DNA from: Macrostomum lignano
Lineage: Eukaryota
Length of the DNA stretch: 64,000 nucleotides
Reading direction: 5' to 3'
Assembly: GCA_002269645.1 (NCBI GenBank)
Contig: NIVC01000398.1
Span: forward strand, 34,572 to 98,571
Below, piece after piece: positions 11,878-23,745 of this stretch; positions within the stretch are counted from its first letter, which is position 1, and each line of letters begins with the position of its first letter. The position numbers were made by a program, and so were the translations under genes. A model generated the notes under the pieces. The model saw only the letters and a program-made list of their open reading frames with translations. It made no database searches and was not told where the DNA came from.

Positions 11878-14561
11878 AATGTGAGGGTTTCACGAGAGAT
11901 ATTCAGACAAAGGCTCCCTAAAACACGCCCCGCACCGGGCCCCGAACTGCTACACATTATAACATTTTTTGTCAATGCAGTATTTGATTGCAAGGAAAAG
12001 TTAAAATAGTAATGAAACAAATATCTTTATTTATTTTTTTAAATATTATTATTTTTTATATTCTCGTTTTCATTATTAAATTATAATATTATTATTTTAT
12101 TAATATTATTATTAATATCACTTTTTGTTCACCAAATTTTATATTTCAAAGTAAAAAAAACTAAATTTAATAAAAACTTGAAGCTTAACAGAAAACGCAT
12201 TCTGAAGTGTCTTTAGTTATAGTCCAATTTGTTTTAATGTGTAGCGCTGCAGGGCGGTGCGGGGCGTGTTTTAGGGAGACCCATTCAGACAGACATTCAA
12301 AATGATTGTCTGTAACTTCAAACAAAATTGACCCGCTTCAACCATCTTTTTGGCAAATACTTACGCAAGTGTTGGGCGTCAAATAAGCTTTAATTTATTA
12401 ACTGAAGTAAAAATCCTTCTGACATACATTGATTTAAAAATTGCTTAGCAACACTAGCTCTGATTAGAAATCGCTTTACTGTTGACTAAAATTGTTTTGA
12501 TCGTAGCAGCCTAAAAGCAGATACTGGATTTAAAAATGCTTCGATTTACTCTATACGCATGTCTCAGCTTTAAAATGACACCTCAGGCGTCGCAAAAGAC
12601 AGCTTTGATGCTGAGATATTCGACACTAAACATGCATTGCTTTGCGCAATCTCACATTCAGAAATTTCACTGATTTTTTGTCGATATTTGTGCAGTTGCC
12701 ATGTCCTTGTTTTTCATCAGAATCTTGTCAAATTCTAGTCATGTCTATACGCATGTCTCAGCTTTAAAATGACACCTCAGGCATTGCAAAAGACAGCTTT
12801 GATGCTGAGATATTCGACACTAAACATTGCTTTGCTCAAACTCACATTCGGAAACTTCACTGATTGTTATTCAATATTTGTTCAGATGCTTGTCTACTTC
12901 TCCATTTATTAACCATCGCATGGAGCCTTGCTAATGTACAAGTGTATGTAGTTACAGTAAATGGGGTTTTTGTGACTCACTTAAACTTGTTTACGCATTC
13001 TACAGCTATTCGCCGCCTTTCATTGGAGTGATTCATGGAGTCCAGTTGATAAATTTCCACAAATTGGACTGCTTCTACGTCAGATCTCAACATTTGGAAC
13101 CGTCCTTGAACTATTTCAGAGTTAAGTGAGCTAATGGCATCAAATGGAAGGCTAGTGCTCGTACTTGTAAGCGAAGCAGGTTCACAATTGAAATGGTTGT
13201 ATTCATGGCCATGGGATCTAAACTGATCTGTTTTACTTTCACGATCGCTTTGGTCTCAGAAGGAGCAGCAGTTGATGGACTGAGGTGAGAAGAAGATGTG
13301 TCACGACTTGAGCTGTTTTTTAGAAAATATCTTTATCCAATTAAATATTTTCATGCGGCTCCTTAGGTTGTTCCGAATTCCGAGTCTAGAAGTCAAGACA
13401 GAAAAAAAGTTAAGAACTGCTACTGTAGTCCGTAGGGATTGGAAAGCTTAGCAGTACATTAGAAATCGCCTGTTCAATCTAAAAAGTTTGAAGTACATAT
13501 AGCTATTGGGTTGCAACAACAGTAGAAAAAATTCTTCCTTTTTATTTTATTCCCACCGCTTACCTCATTCCGATTTGGATAGCAGAATTGCCGCGCAAAA
13601 AAAGTAAAAACATAACAATAAACTATTTGCTTCATATTAATTGCCACTGACTGTTAATAAACGCAACGTCAATTTCTCTCAATAACAGTTGGAACATGTT
13701 TCTTGTACACTCGTATATTTATTTGAACCGCAAAGCGGTGAAAAAGTCATGATTGGTTTCCAAATGTACAAATGTACACTCACAGACTCACTGACTCAGG
13801 TACAATCTATGCAATATAAAGGCAGGAATCATTAAAAATCAAATACTTAAGACAGTTTAAGAGAAGTCCAGGTTTAAACTGGACATGACTAGAATTTGAC
13901 AAGTTTCTGATGAAAAACAAGGACACGGCAGCTGCACAAATATCGACAAAAAATCAGTGAAATTTCTGAATGTGAGATTGCGCAAAGCAATGCATGTTTA
14001 GTGTCGAATATCTCAGCATCAAAGCTGTCTTTTGCAATGCCTGAGGTGTCATTTTAAAGCTGAGACATGCGTATAGACATGACTAGAATTTGACAAGATT
14101 CTGATGAAAAACAAGGACATGGCAACTGCACAAATATCGACAAAAAATCAGTGAAATTTCTGAATGTGAGATTGCGCAAAGCAATGCATGTTTAGTGTCG
14201 AATATCTCAGCATCAAAGCTGTCTTTTGCGACGCCTGAGGTGTCATTTTAAAGCTGAGACATGCGTATAGAGTAAATCGAAGCATTTTTAAATCCAGTAT
14301 CTGCTTTTAGGCTGCTACGATCAAAACAATTTTAGTCAACAGTAAAGCGATTTCTAATCAGAGCTAGTGTTGCTAAGCAATTTTTAAATCAATGTATGTC
14401 AGAAGGATTTTTACTTCAGTTAATAAATTAAAGCTTATTTGACGCCCAACACTTGCGTAAGTATTTGCCAAAAAGATGGTTGAAGCGGGTCAATTTTGTT
14501 TAAAGTTACAGACGATCGTTTCGAATGTCTGTCTGAATATCTCTCGTGAAACCCTCACATT
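11878..14561. repeat. Long foldback inverted repeat (arms ~11878-12870 and 13882-14561) with internal 194-bp tandem unit
   Basis: After removing the 11910-12282 MITE the left arm is near-identical to the reverse complement of the right arm; 194-bp unit at 12551/12745 and 13882/14076. Confidence 0.93.
11910..12282. mobile_element. MULE-type MITE (373 bp)
   Basis: TIR ctccctaaaacacgccccgcaccg / cggtgcggggcgtgttttagggag; perfect 9-bp TSD ATTCAGACA (11901-11909, 12283-12291); absent from the opposite foldback arm. Confidence 0.9.
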
Positions 14562-14933
14562 CTAAACAAGACTCAAGAGAAATTGCACTCTGAGCCTTAA
14601 AATCGCACCTTGAAATTTGGCACAAGGTGCGATTTTGCACCTTATCTCTGGCGAAAAAAAAAACCCAGACTGGAACCCATTTTCTAATAACTAGGCCTAG
14701 ATGGATCCGGCAGTGGTATTCCAGTAGTGCAGTTTATGTGTATAAGTATAATATAGCAAAAACTTCTTGCTTTTTAATGGGTGGTTTATGTTGAGGTTTC
14801 GTTTAAGATAAGATCAGAATAAACGATAAGATTCAAAACAAGATACTTCTAGGCCTAATGTTCAAAGATGTCATTAGTAGGGGCCTAGGCCTAGTCAGTA
14901 AATAACTGCCTGCAGAAGACTGCCAGATCCATA

Positions 14934-15138
14934 CAGGCGCCGCGGAACAAGGGGGGGCAGCTGCCCCCCCCGACATTGAGTTGGGGGGGCATTGCCCCCC
15001 TCCCTCAAAGAGTCAAATACTGTTCAACAGCATAATTTTGCTCAAATTTTTGGTCATTGTCCAAGACAGGGTCATGGCTTGAGTCTCGGAAACTTGGTCC
15101 TGCCCCCCCCCTGGCAAAAACTCCTTCTGCGGCGCCTG
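14934..15138. mobile_element. hAT-type MITE (205 bp)
   Basis: TIR CAGGCGCCGCGGA / TCTGCGGCGCCTG; perfect 8-bp TSD GATCCATA. Confidence 0.92.
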
Positions 15139-16174
15139 GATCCATAGCCATTAGAAAATGGGTTCAGGTGCCGGAACTATAGCCATTGCCTAAAATTATA
15201 TCTATATGCAAAAATGGTAAATATATAAGAGCTGCACCCAAGTCTCCAAGATGGTCACATACCAAGAAACAGAAAGAAAGCCATGTATAACATTGAATCT
15301 CCATTATATATATTCTTTCTAAATTCTATCATGACATTGATTTGCAACTTTATAGTATTAATATAGTAATATTTGAAATATTATCTAGGCTTAGGCTTGA
15401 CTTCTATGTTTTTCAATTTTGTACCAAACTTTTGTGTATTTTTTGCCCAACTATATATCAGATTGGTATGTGTGTTATATTGCTTTGTAGAAAATTTAAC
15501 ACTGAATTCAAAAACTGTTTTGTTTTTAATGTAATTGTAAGTTAAAAATTGTGGTCTTTAAAACAATTCTTATGCAGACATCCCAAATCAAGAAAAAATT
15601 CCAAAATGTGTAATTCCTTAATAATTTCTATCAGTAATGCTAATTTTTTTTAGTATCTATCAAGTATATTGGCAAAACTTTATCTCATTTTGTAGATGAA
15701 AATGTTTTCTTTCAAATGATATGTCACTTTTATAGATGGCCTATAGGCTAGGCCCATGAGATAATAAAAATGAAAGTCACTAGCATGTTTGGTTTTGAAG
15801 ATCCCTTGTTTGATTGATAAGATCTTACCCTATTCTAATAATGATAATTAGGCCTACCTAAAATTATGTTAAATTTAAAGCCAATAATATAGTTCTATTA
15901 GTTTATTAAAAAGTCATCATTAATCCTAAGCCTTAGGCTAAGGTGGAGCAAAGAAAGAAGATAAAAAAATTTCTAGTTTGAAATGGGTAGGTTTGGGTTT
16001 CTTTGAAACCAGTTGGCATTGCATTCATACGAATAAAGCCGGAAGATCGCGCAGACACATCACAACAAAATTTTCCTGTTTTACTCCGACTGCTAGGGTC
16101 CTCAAATTCTGGGGGGAAGGATAGTTTCAGTTGTAGGCGAGCAGTTTTAGTTAGAAATTGTCAGTGGTAGGCAC

Positions 16175-17056
16175 CAGTGTTGGGCACCAGTCCGTTAATA
16201 AGCGTTAATCCGTTAATAAGCGTTAATAAGTGTTAAGATTTTTCATTAACGTTAACGGACTGTCGTTAAGATTTTTTTGAACTAACGGATTAACGAATTT
16301 GCGTTAAAAATTTTGTGAATTAACGATAAATTCATCGTTAATGGTAGGGTCTATGTCAATGACCAAAGACGCAAAGAAGGAACAAAAAATAGAAGTCTTA
16401 CAAGAAGTTTAAACATTACGAACGTATTTGAGCTTACCTATATGCCTAAATATAATCTCTTTATTTATGACGATGATCATACAGACGTACATGTAAATAA
16501 CAACTTCTTACAAATAAACTTTAAAATAATGAATTAAAATAGTGTGAAACTTTATTTCTTGCGCGTGAGCATCGATCGCTTTGATTCACTTCTGTCCCAA
16601 TCTTTCGCAACTTTCTGCTGCGCCTGCTAATGGTACTGAAACAACCTTCCTATGCGTATTTAATTATGAATTTCTCGCTATTAGCTTTTAAGTTTCAAAT
16701 AAAATAAGTTACTTTTTTTACCATATGCTTTACTTTTAGTAGTATTATGCATGCAAGTTTTTAAAATGATTATTTATTACTTTTTTAGCTTTCAAATCGC
16801 TTAGATGACCTCTGTGTTTCGCTAAAAAGATGGAATAGCAAAGACGTGCAATATGAAGTCTGTTTTGGAAAAAAAGTGCAAGATTTCCGTATTTTCTGTG
16901 TTAACTTTAATGGATTAACGCTAATTAACGATTATCAGTTAACTTTCAGTTAACTTAACGAAATTAGGAGTTAAAAAGTTAAGATTTTTTTGTTTTAACG
17001 CTAACGCTTTTGCTATTAACGGAAGTTAAGATTTTCATTAACGGTGCCCAACACTG
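16175..17056. mobile_element. Non-autonomous hAT element (882 bp)
   Basis: Perfect 14-bp TIR CAGTGTTGGGCACC; perfect 8-bp TSD GTAGGCAC; many subterminal CGTTAA/TTAACG motifs in opposite orientation at the two ends. Confidence 0.93.
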
Positions 17057-18855
17057 GTAGGCACCCACCTACCATAATCCTATATAAGAAACCTAGATGC
17101 ATATGCAACAAGGTATATTAGGCTAGGCCCTATTTGCTTAATTAATAGATAAATGCTAATAATAAAAGCTATCACCTTAACTTATGCAAATATTTTTTGG
17201 TTAATCTAATTCTAATATAGTATATCAGCAATCTTCTAGCTCTTATTTCATATATTTAATTCTTTTTTGAAAATTTAAAAAAAAGTTTTATCAATAGAAC
17301 AATTGAGAGTTTATTAATAAATTACTAAATAGATAGTTTTAAACACTATACTAATGCGTCACCTAGAAAAGGATATTGCTTAAGATGTTGCGCAGCTGGC
17401 AATAGCACTATAGAAACTTGTTTAGGTAGTGTCAAAATAGGGCCTTTGATATACTAGAGTTGCCAAAGTTGCATAGGTCTACCAAGTTCATATATATGTC
17501 TTTATGGTAAAAATTATATGAGTAGATGGCATGGATGCTATAGGGCATCTAGCCATGATTGCAACAGAAGAATTGGTATTCAAGATTGACAAGAAAGCAA
17601 TGCTTCAAGAAATCTCTCAATCCCTATCCTTTCCATCTAGTTTTAGTTTTTTTTTAAATAGAGCAATTGCAATTTTAACCATATATAGCCAATAGCCATC
17701 TCAAACTAATAGACATATACATAAAATCAATATACTGCCACATCTTCAACTCATGCAATTTTAAATATTTACCTGTATTAACTAAGAAAGTTAGACATTT
17801 AGAGCTGTGGCCATCTGGTCTTAGTACTAATTATAAAATGGTATTTCAAATTATAACCAATTAAATACTGTATTAATATATATCACAGGTCTTTTTAGTC
17901 TCCTAGTATTACATTGTTTAGTAATCTGAAGGTAAGTTTTAGTCTACACTTTGGAAAGTTACATGGTATGCTAGAAATTTCTAGTATACCAGTACTAATG
18001 GATAGTTTAGCTATTTTGGTTTATCACTTTGGTGTTACCACTTGAGGCTCAAATAAATTTTTGGCATACCAATTTATATTTACCAAAACTTCAAAACTTT
18101 GACAAACACAAAATTAAACATTTCAACAATTTTCCTTTTTTAAAAGTATGTATGCTACAAGAGTTTCAAAAAAACTCATCTTAGTTTATAATTCAAATGG
18201 TACTTTTATAAATGTAAAGTTAACAAAAAAGTTAAATAATTGAAAAGTTGTTGGTAATAATATTTTTGCATTTGCTAAGTTGCTGTAGAAAGTTTTGTTT
18301 AAAAAACATTTCTTTAGACAATTTGAAATTAGTTTTCTCAATTGCATTTTTCTTAAAGAATTTTATAACAGTCAATAATTTTTTGTGATTTAAAAGTGGC
18401 ATGCATTTGGTATACCAAAACAAAAAGGCATTTTCTGGTATACTATGCTGCACTATCTGGACTATAGAATTTAGTCTAGATTTTTATTCATTAGGCTCCA
18501 TTACTAGAATATTAGGCTATTGGAAATAGACTGCACTGCACTTACTTACTGTAAATTGTATTATATTATTATTAGTATTAATATCTCTTTAGAAATTAGA
18601 TATAAAATATTGTTGGCCTAGCTAAGCAAGACATTTAAAGCCTAGTTGTAATAGTTCACAGAGTGGCGAGGGCCCAGACAAGCCTAAGGATGATTCTCAT
18701 AAAAATTCTCATCAAAAAAGATGACTCTCTTTACAAATATTAAAAAAGTATAATACCTACTATGTCTAAATCTTATGCTATTTTAAAGAAATGTTACCTT
18801 TTAACCTCAAACTACTTGTAGTAATAAAAATTGATTTATTTACTTTTTTAACTCT

Positions 18856-20222
18856 AGTAGCACTGGAGCAATTCCCCACAAGCCCTTTTAGCATTGGAGC
18901 AATTCCCCACAAGCCCTTGTAGCATTGGAGCAATTCCCCACAAGCCCTTGTAGCATTGGAGCAATTCCCCTCAAGCCCTTGTAGCATTGGAGCAATTCCC
19001 CACAAGCCCTTGTAGCATTGGAGAAATTCCCCACAAGCCCTTGCATTGCTTTGGAGCAATTCCCCACAAGCCCTTGCATTGCATTGGAGCAATTCCCCAC
19101 AAGCCCATGCATTGCATTAGAGCAATTCCCCACAAGCCATTGTAGCATTGGAGCAATTCCCCACAAGCCTTGTAGCATTGGAGCAATTCCCCACAAGCCC
19201 TTGCATTGCATTGGAGCAATTCCCCACAAGCCCTTGTAGCATTGGAGCAATTCTACACAAGCCCTTGCATTGCATTGGAGCAATTCCCCTCGAACCCTTG
19301 TAGCATTGGAGCAATTCCCCTTAAGCCCTTGTAGCACTGGAGCAATTCCCCACAAGCCCTTGTAGCATTGGAGCAATTCCCCTTAAGCCCTTGTAGCATT
19401 GGAGCAATTCCCCTCCAACTCTTGTAGCATTAGAGCAATTCCCCACAAGCCCTTGCATTGCATTGGAGCGATTCCCAACAAACCCTTGTAGCATTGGAGC
19501 AATTCCCCTCAAGCCCTTGTAGCATTGGAGCAATTCCCCACAAGCCCTTGTAGCATTGGAGCAATTCCCCACAAGCCCTTGTAGCATTGAAGCAATTCCC
19601 CTCGAACCCTTGTAGCATTGGAGCAATTCCCCTCGAACCCTTGTAGCATTGGAGCAATTCCCCACAAGCCCTTGTAGCACTGGAGCAATTCCCCACAAGC
19701 CCTTGTAGCATTGGAGCAATTCCCCTCGAACCCTTGTAGCATTGGAGCAATTCCCCACAAGCCCTTGTAGCATTGGAGCAATTCCCCACAAGCCCTTGTA
19801 GCACTGGAGCAATTCCCCCACAAGCCCTTGTAGCATTGGAGCAATTCCCCACAAGCCCTTGTAGCATTGGAGCAATTCCCCACAAGCCCTTGTAGCATTG
19901 GAGCAATTCCCCTCGAACCCTTGTAGCATTGGAGCAATTCCCCTCGAACCCTTGTAGCATTGGAGCAATTCCCCTCGAACCCTTGTAGCATTGGAGCAAT
20001 TCCCCTCGAACCCTTGTAGCATTGGAGCAATTCCCCACAAGCCCTTGTAGCATTGGAGCAATTCCCCACAAGCCCTTGTAGCACTGGAGCAATTCCCCAC
20101 AAGCCCTTGTAGCATTGGAGCAATTCCCCACAAGCCCTTGTAGCATTGGAGCAATTCCCCACAAGCCCTTGTAGCATTGGAGCAATTCCCCTCAAGCCCT
20201 TGTAGCATTGGAGCAATTCCCA
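18856..20222. repeat. 31-bp minisatellite (gcccttgtagcattggagcaattccccacaa)
   Basis: About 44 units; source of the artefactual LLQCYKGLWGIAP ORFs. Confidence 0.97.
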
Positions 20223-20400
20223 TGTCTTATAGTTTAGTGTGTATTACAGATACTTTGTTTTAATCATTTCTGTGATTAGAAAACTGCACATCTGTCTTGG
20301 AGAGCAACTCAATAACTATAACGTGTCTACTTGAGCACTTGGAGTTTAAAAAGCAAATATTTGTTATTTCTTTTTTTCAAGAAACCAACAGCAGAACAGA

Positions 20401-20762
20401 ATGAGCAGTCGCAGTTTAGATAAGCGGCACACCACCAGTCAGACAACTAGCGAAAGATTCCGTCGCTTAAGTAATCAGCCTAGTCAGCCTCTCACTATTG
20501 ATGAAGATGTATCGATTGTTATCGAACGTAAAGTGCGCGGACCGCCAAGCACTGAGCCGCTGGTCCGCCGCTTCGATCCCGACGTCGATGCCATCCGTCT
20601 GCCTCGGCGTACTGACGAAGGCAGCGCGCCAGTGTTTCAACGACCTGAGGTGTTGAAATTTTATCACGACCGACTCACGCCTGAGCCCAGATCGCCGCCT
20701 AGAACTTATAGCAGCGTCCGGCACTCGCAGCGGCAGCATAGCAACGGGGGTAGCGGCGATAG
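20401..20762 (+). CDS. BCLAF1/THRAP3-like protein, coding exon 1 (MSSRSLDKR...GSGD-R)
   Basis: Non-repetitive GC-rich ORF; acceptor tttctttttttcaag 19 nt upstream of the ATG; donor AG|gttagt in phase 2, matching the 21372 acceptor. Confidence 0.8.
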
Positions 20763-20854
20763 GTTAGTACATAATACACTTGAGATTTCTTAGTCGGCTG
20801 ATTTACAATGCTGTTAGCTGCTGATCGAAGATAAGGGTAGATTAATGATCAGCG

Positions 20855-21285
20855 ATTGGGTTTGGATTAGGGATTTGGTAGGTTGGAAATTTAGGGATTA
20901 GGTAGGTTTGGGATTAGGGATTGGGTAGGTTTGGGATCAGGGATTGGGTAGGTTGGGATCAGGGATTGGGTAGGTTTGGGATTAGGGATTGGGTAGGTTG
21001 GGATCAGGGATTAGGTTGGTTGGGGATCAGGGATTGGGTAGGTTGGAATCAGGGATTAGGTTGGTTGGGGATCAGGGATTGGGTAGGTTGGGGAACAGGG
21101 ATTGGGTAGGTTGGGGATCAGGGATTGGGTAGGTTGGGGATCAGGGATTGGGTAGGTTGGGGATCAGGGATTGGGAAGGTTGGGATCAGGGATTGGGTAG
21201 GTTGGGGATCAGGGATTGGGTAGGTTGGGGATCAGGGATTGGGTAGGTTGGGATCAGGGATTAGGTTGGTTGGGGATCAGGGTTG
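20855..21285. repeat. 22-23-bp G-rich intronic minisatellite (gggattgggtaggttgggatca)
   Basis: Tandem units filling most of the 609-nt intron. Confidence 0.93.
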
Positions 21286-21371
21286 GGTATTAGTATCGGG
21301 TATGTTATATTACTATTGAGTAGTATGCTGTGGATATTTCACAATTTCGCAATACATTTCTCACCTGACAG

Positions 21372-21978
21372 AGAGCGCCGCTCAATCCACATGTCGTCCT
21401 CGAATCGTTATTCTCGCCGGCGCTACTCGTCCCGTTCCCGTTCGCGCTCTGCGTCCCGATCCCGCTCCCCGGTGATCCTCAGGCTGCCGCCTCAGCCGCC
21501 TCGCCGGGTTCACGACAGAATCGGCGGGCGTCGGTTTGCTTCGCTGTCGCCGTCGCCGTCGCCCGAGGAGCCGCTGTCGCCGTTAGCTGGCGGTCAAAAT
21601 CAACGACGCTTTCGTCGCCGACCAATCGCCGAACGGCTCGGCGTCCGGCCGGTGAAAAACTTTGCCGAAAGCGGGGGCGGCAGGGGCGGCAAGTTTGACT
21701 CGAATCGGTTGTACTACAGACCGCCGCCAGCGGCCGCTCTAGACCCGTTGGCTACGCCGAAAGCGCCGTCATATTTTTTGCACGACGATCGAGGAGAGCG
21801 CAGGCCTACAGACGGCGACGGATACCGTCGGGGCGGGCGCGGCGGCCGCGGTTTTCGTCGCGGTGGCGGCCGCTTCGGCGGCTTCAGAGGCGGCGGCGGT
21901 GGCGGCATCGAAGGCAAATGGCAGCACGATAAATTTGTTGACGACGAGGACGAGGCCATGGGTAGTAGCGAGTTCTAA
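21372..21978 (+). CDS. BCLAF1/THRAP3-like protein, terminal exon: RS region, RGG boxes, Btz-type motifs TPK..YFLHDDR and KWQHDKF; 322 aa total
   Basis: Acceptor tttctcacctgacag; DPLATPKAPSYFLHDDR...RGGRGGRGFRRGGGRF...KWQHDKF closely follows the recalled BCLAF1/THRAP3 C-terminus (DPEYTPKSKKYFLHDDR...RGRGRF...PKWTHDK); CASC3/Btz is the alternative relative. Confidence 0.8.
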
Positions 21979-22054
21979 GCTGGTGCTACTTTGAGTAGCA
22001 TTGTGCTGGAGAAATATTGGATCATGTTTCTTGTTGCTTTGATTTCCTTTCGCC

Positions 22055-22862
22055 CTTGAATCCTCATCAAGAATCACCCTCAAATCCCCATCAAAAATCA
22101 CCCTCAAATCCCCATCAAGAATCGCCCTCAAATCCTCATCAAGAATCGCCCTCGAATCCCATCAAGAATCGGCCTCGAATCCCATCAAGAATTGCCCTCG
22201 AATCCCATCAAGAATCTCCCTCAAATCCTCATAAAAAACGCCCTCAAATCCCCGGCAAGAATCACCCTCAAATCCCCATCAAGAATCACCCTCAAATCCC
22301 CATCAAAAATCACCCTCAAATCCCCATCAAGAATCACCCTCAAATCCCCATCAAGAATCACCCTCAAATCCCCATCAAAAATCACCCTCAAATCCCCATC
22401 AAGAATCGCTCTCAAATCCTCATCAAGAATCGCCCTCGAATCCCATCAAGAATCGCCCTTGAATCCCATCAAGAATCGCCCTCAAATCCTCATCAAGAAT
22501 CGCCCTCAAATCCCCATCAAGAATCGCCCTCGAATCCCATCAAGAATTGCCCTCGAATCCCATCAAGAATCGCCCTCAAATCCCCATCAAGAATCACCCT
22601 CAAATCCCCATTAAGAATCACCCTCAAATCCCCATCAAGAATCGCCCTCAAATCCCCATCAAGAATCGCCCTCAAATCCCCATTAAGAATCGCCCTCAAA
22701 TCCCCATCAAGAATCGCCCTCAAATCCCCATCAAGAATCGCCCTCAAATCCCCATTAAGAATCACCCTCAAATCCCCATCAAGAATCGCCCTCAAATCCC
22801 CATCAAGAATCGCCCTCAAATCCCCACCAATAATCGCCGTCAAATCCCAAGAATCGCCCTCC
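22055..22862. repeat. 24-bp minisatellite (atcaagaatcgccctcaaatcccc)
   Basis: About 34 units immediately 3' of the BCLAF1-like stop. Confidence 0.96.
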
Positions 22863-23745
22863 ATTAATCGTACCAAATTCACAAGTTGAATGTTAGAATG
22901 TGTTTTGTATATTGTACATGTTTTGCAACTTATAAAAGTTCCCTTAACATTTGTACGAGTCTTCTGACTTCTCTTTTTTAGATAATGCATCGGATGCCGA
23001 AGGCATTATAATTTCACTTTGGTCTTACTCACCTGTTAAAGTTATCTAGTTGTATAAATTGTCTGTCCGATGATTGAGTACTTGACTCAAAAAAATCGTT
23101 ACTACGAGCTACTGTTTGCAGAGGCGCAATAGCTCTTATATGCTACTAACGTAATTATCAATAGTAGTAGCTGATAGTAGTATAGTTTGCTTCTTTCTTT
23201 TATTTGTAACTTTGCTATTAAATAAGGCCAGTTTAGTTCAAGATATAGTAATAACAGCTTCTAATGCTATTAGGTATTTAATAATTCTTTGCATGCGAAA
23301 TTTCAAATTTATTAATAAAGCCGGTGTTTATAATAATCTGGAAAATTTGGAGATTTACTGAAGTCTCCGTCTGTCTGCCTTAAATCATTTATCTTTATTA
23401 CGCTCGTAAATTAGGCTATATTTCTTAACCGTTGGAATCGTTTTCATGACAAGAATCACCGAGGAGCCACTGCAAACAACTGTAATGTTGAGTTCCGAGC
23501 TCATCACGAGAGTTGTAGATTTGTAAAACAGTCGCGCAAATTTCGTCCAAGAGTTTTTGTGTTAACGCTTTACTTTCTACTTGAAGTACTAATTAAGCAG
23601 ACTACATAGAGTTGTTATAAATGCAAAATGCCATTCTAAATTCATAAAGTGACGAAGGCCTAGCACGCCTCAAATTAACTCTCGGATGACTCTATTGTCT
23701 TTGACGACTTCACCCTGTCCTCGAGAGAAGGCCAAAATACATGCA

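Larger units (their letters stand above)
11605..14668. mobile_element. Non-autonomous hAT-type element inserted in the MULE left TIR
   Basis: Ends CAGGGTTTTTTTTT / AAAAAAAAAACCCAG; 8-bp TSD ACCGGAAC / ACTGGAAC (one CpG>TpG change); subterminal AAAATCGCACC motifs at both ends. Confidence 0.82.
11576..15190. mobile_element. Non-autonomous Mutator/MULE-type element hosting nested insertions
   Basis: Perfect 9-bp TSD TAAAATTAT (11567-11575, 15191-15199). About 42-bp TIR: GGCAAAGGCTAGAGTTCTGGCACCGGAACCCATTTTCTAAT (left, reconstructed after removing the hAT insert) versus the reverse complement of the right end, GGCAATGGCTATAGTTCCGGCACCTGAACCCATTTTCTAAT. Confidence 0.88.

Noticed and set aside
18856-20222. 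CRISPR-like appearance of 23-41 bp repeats here and elsewhere
   Set aside because: Units are head-to-tail with no unique spacers, there are no cas genes, and the context is eukaryotic.
18778-20223. Cys-rich ORFs (LLQCYKGLWGIAP...)
   Set aside because: The 31-bp unit is not a multiple of three and the same peptide appears in all three frames.
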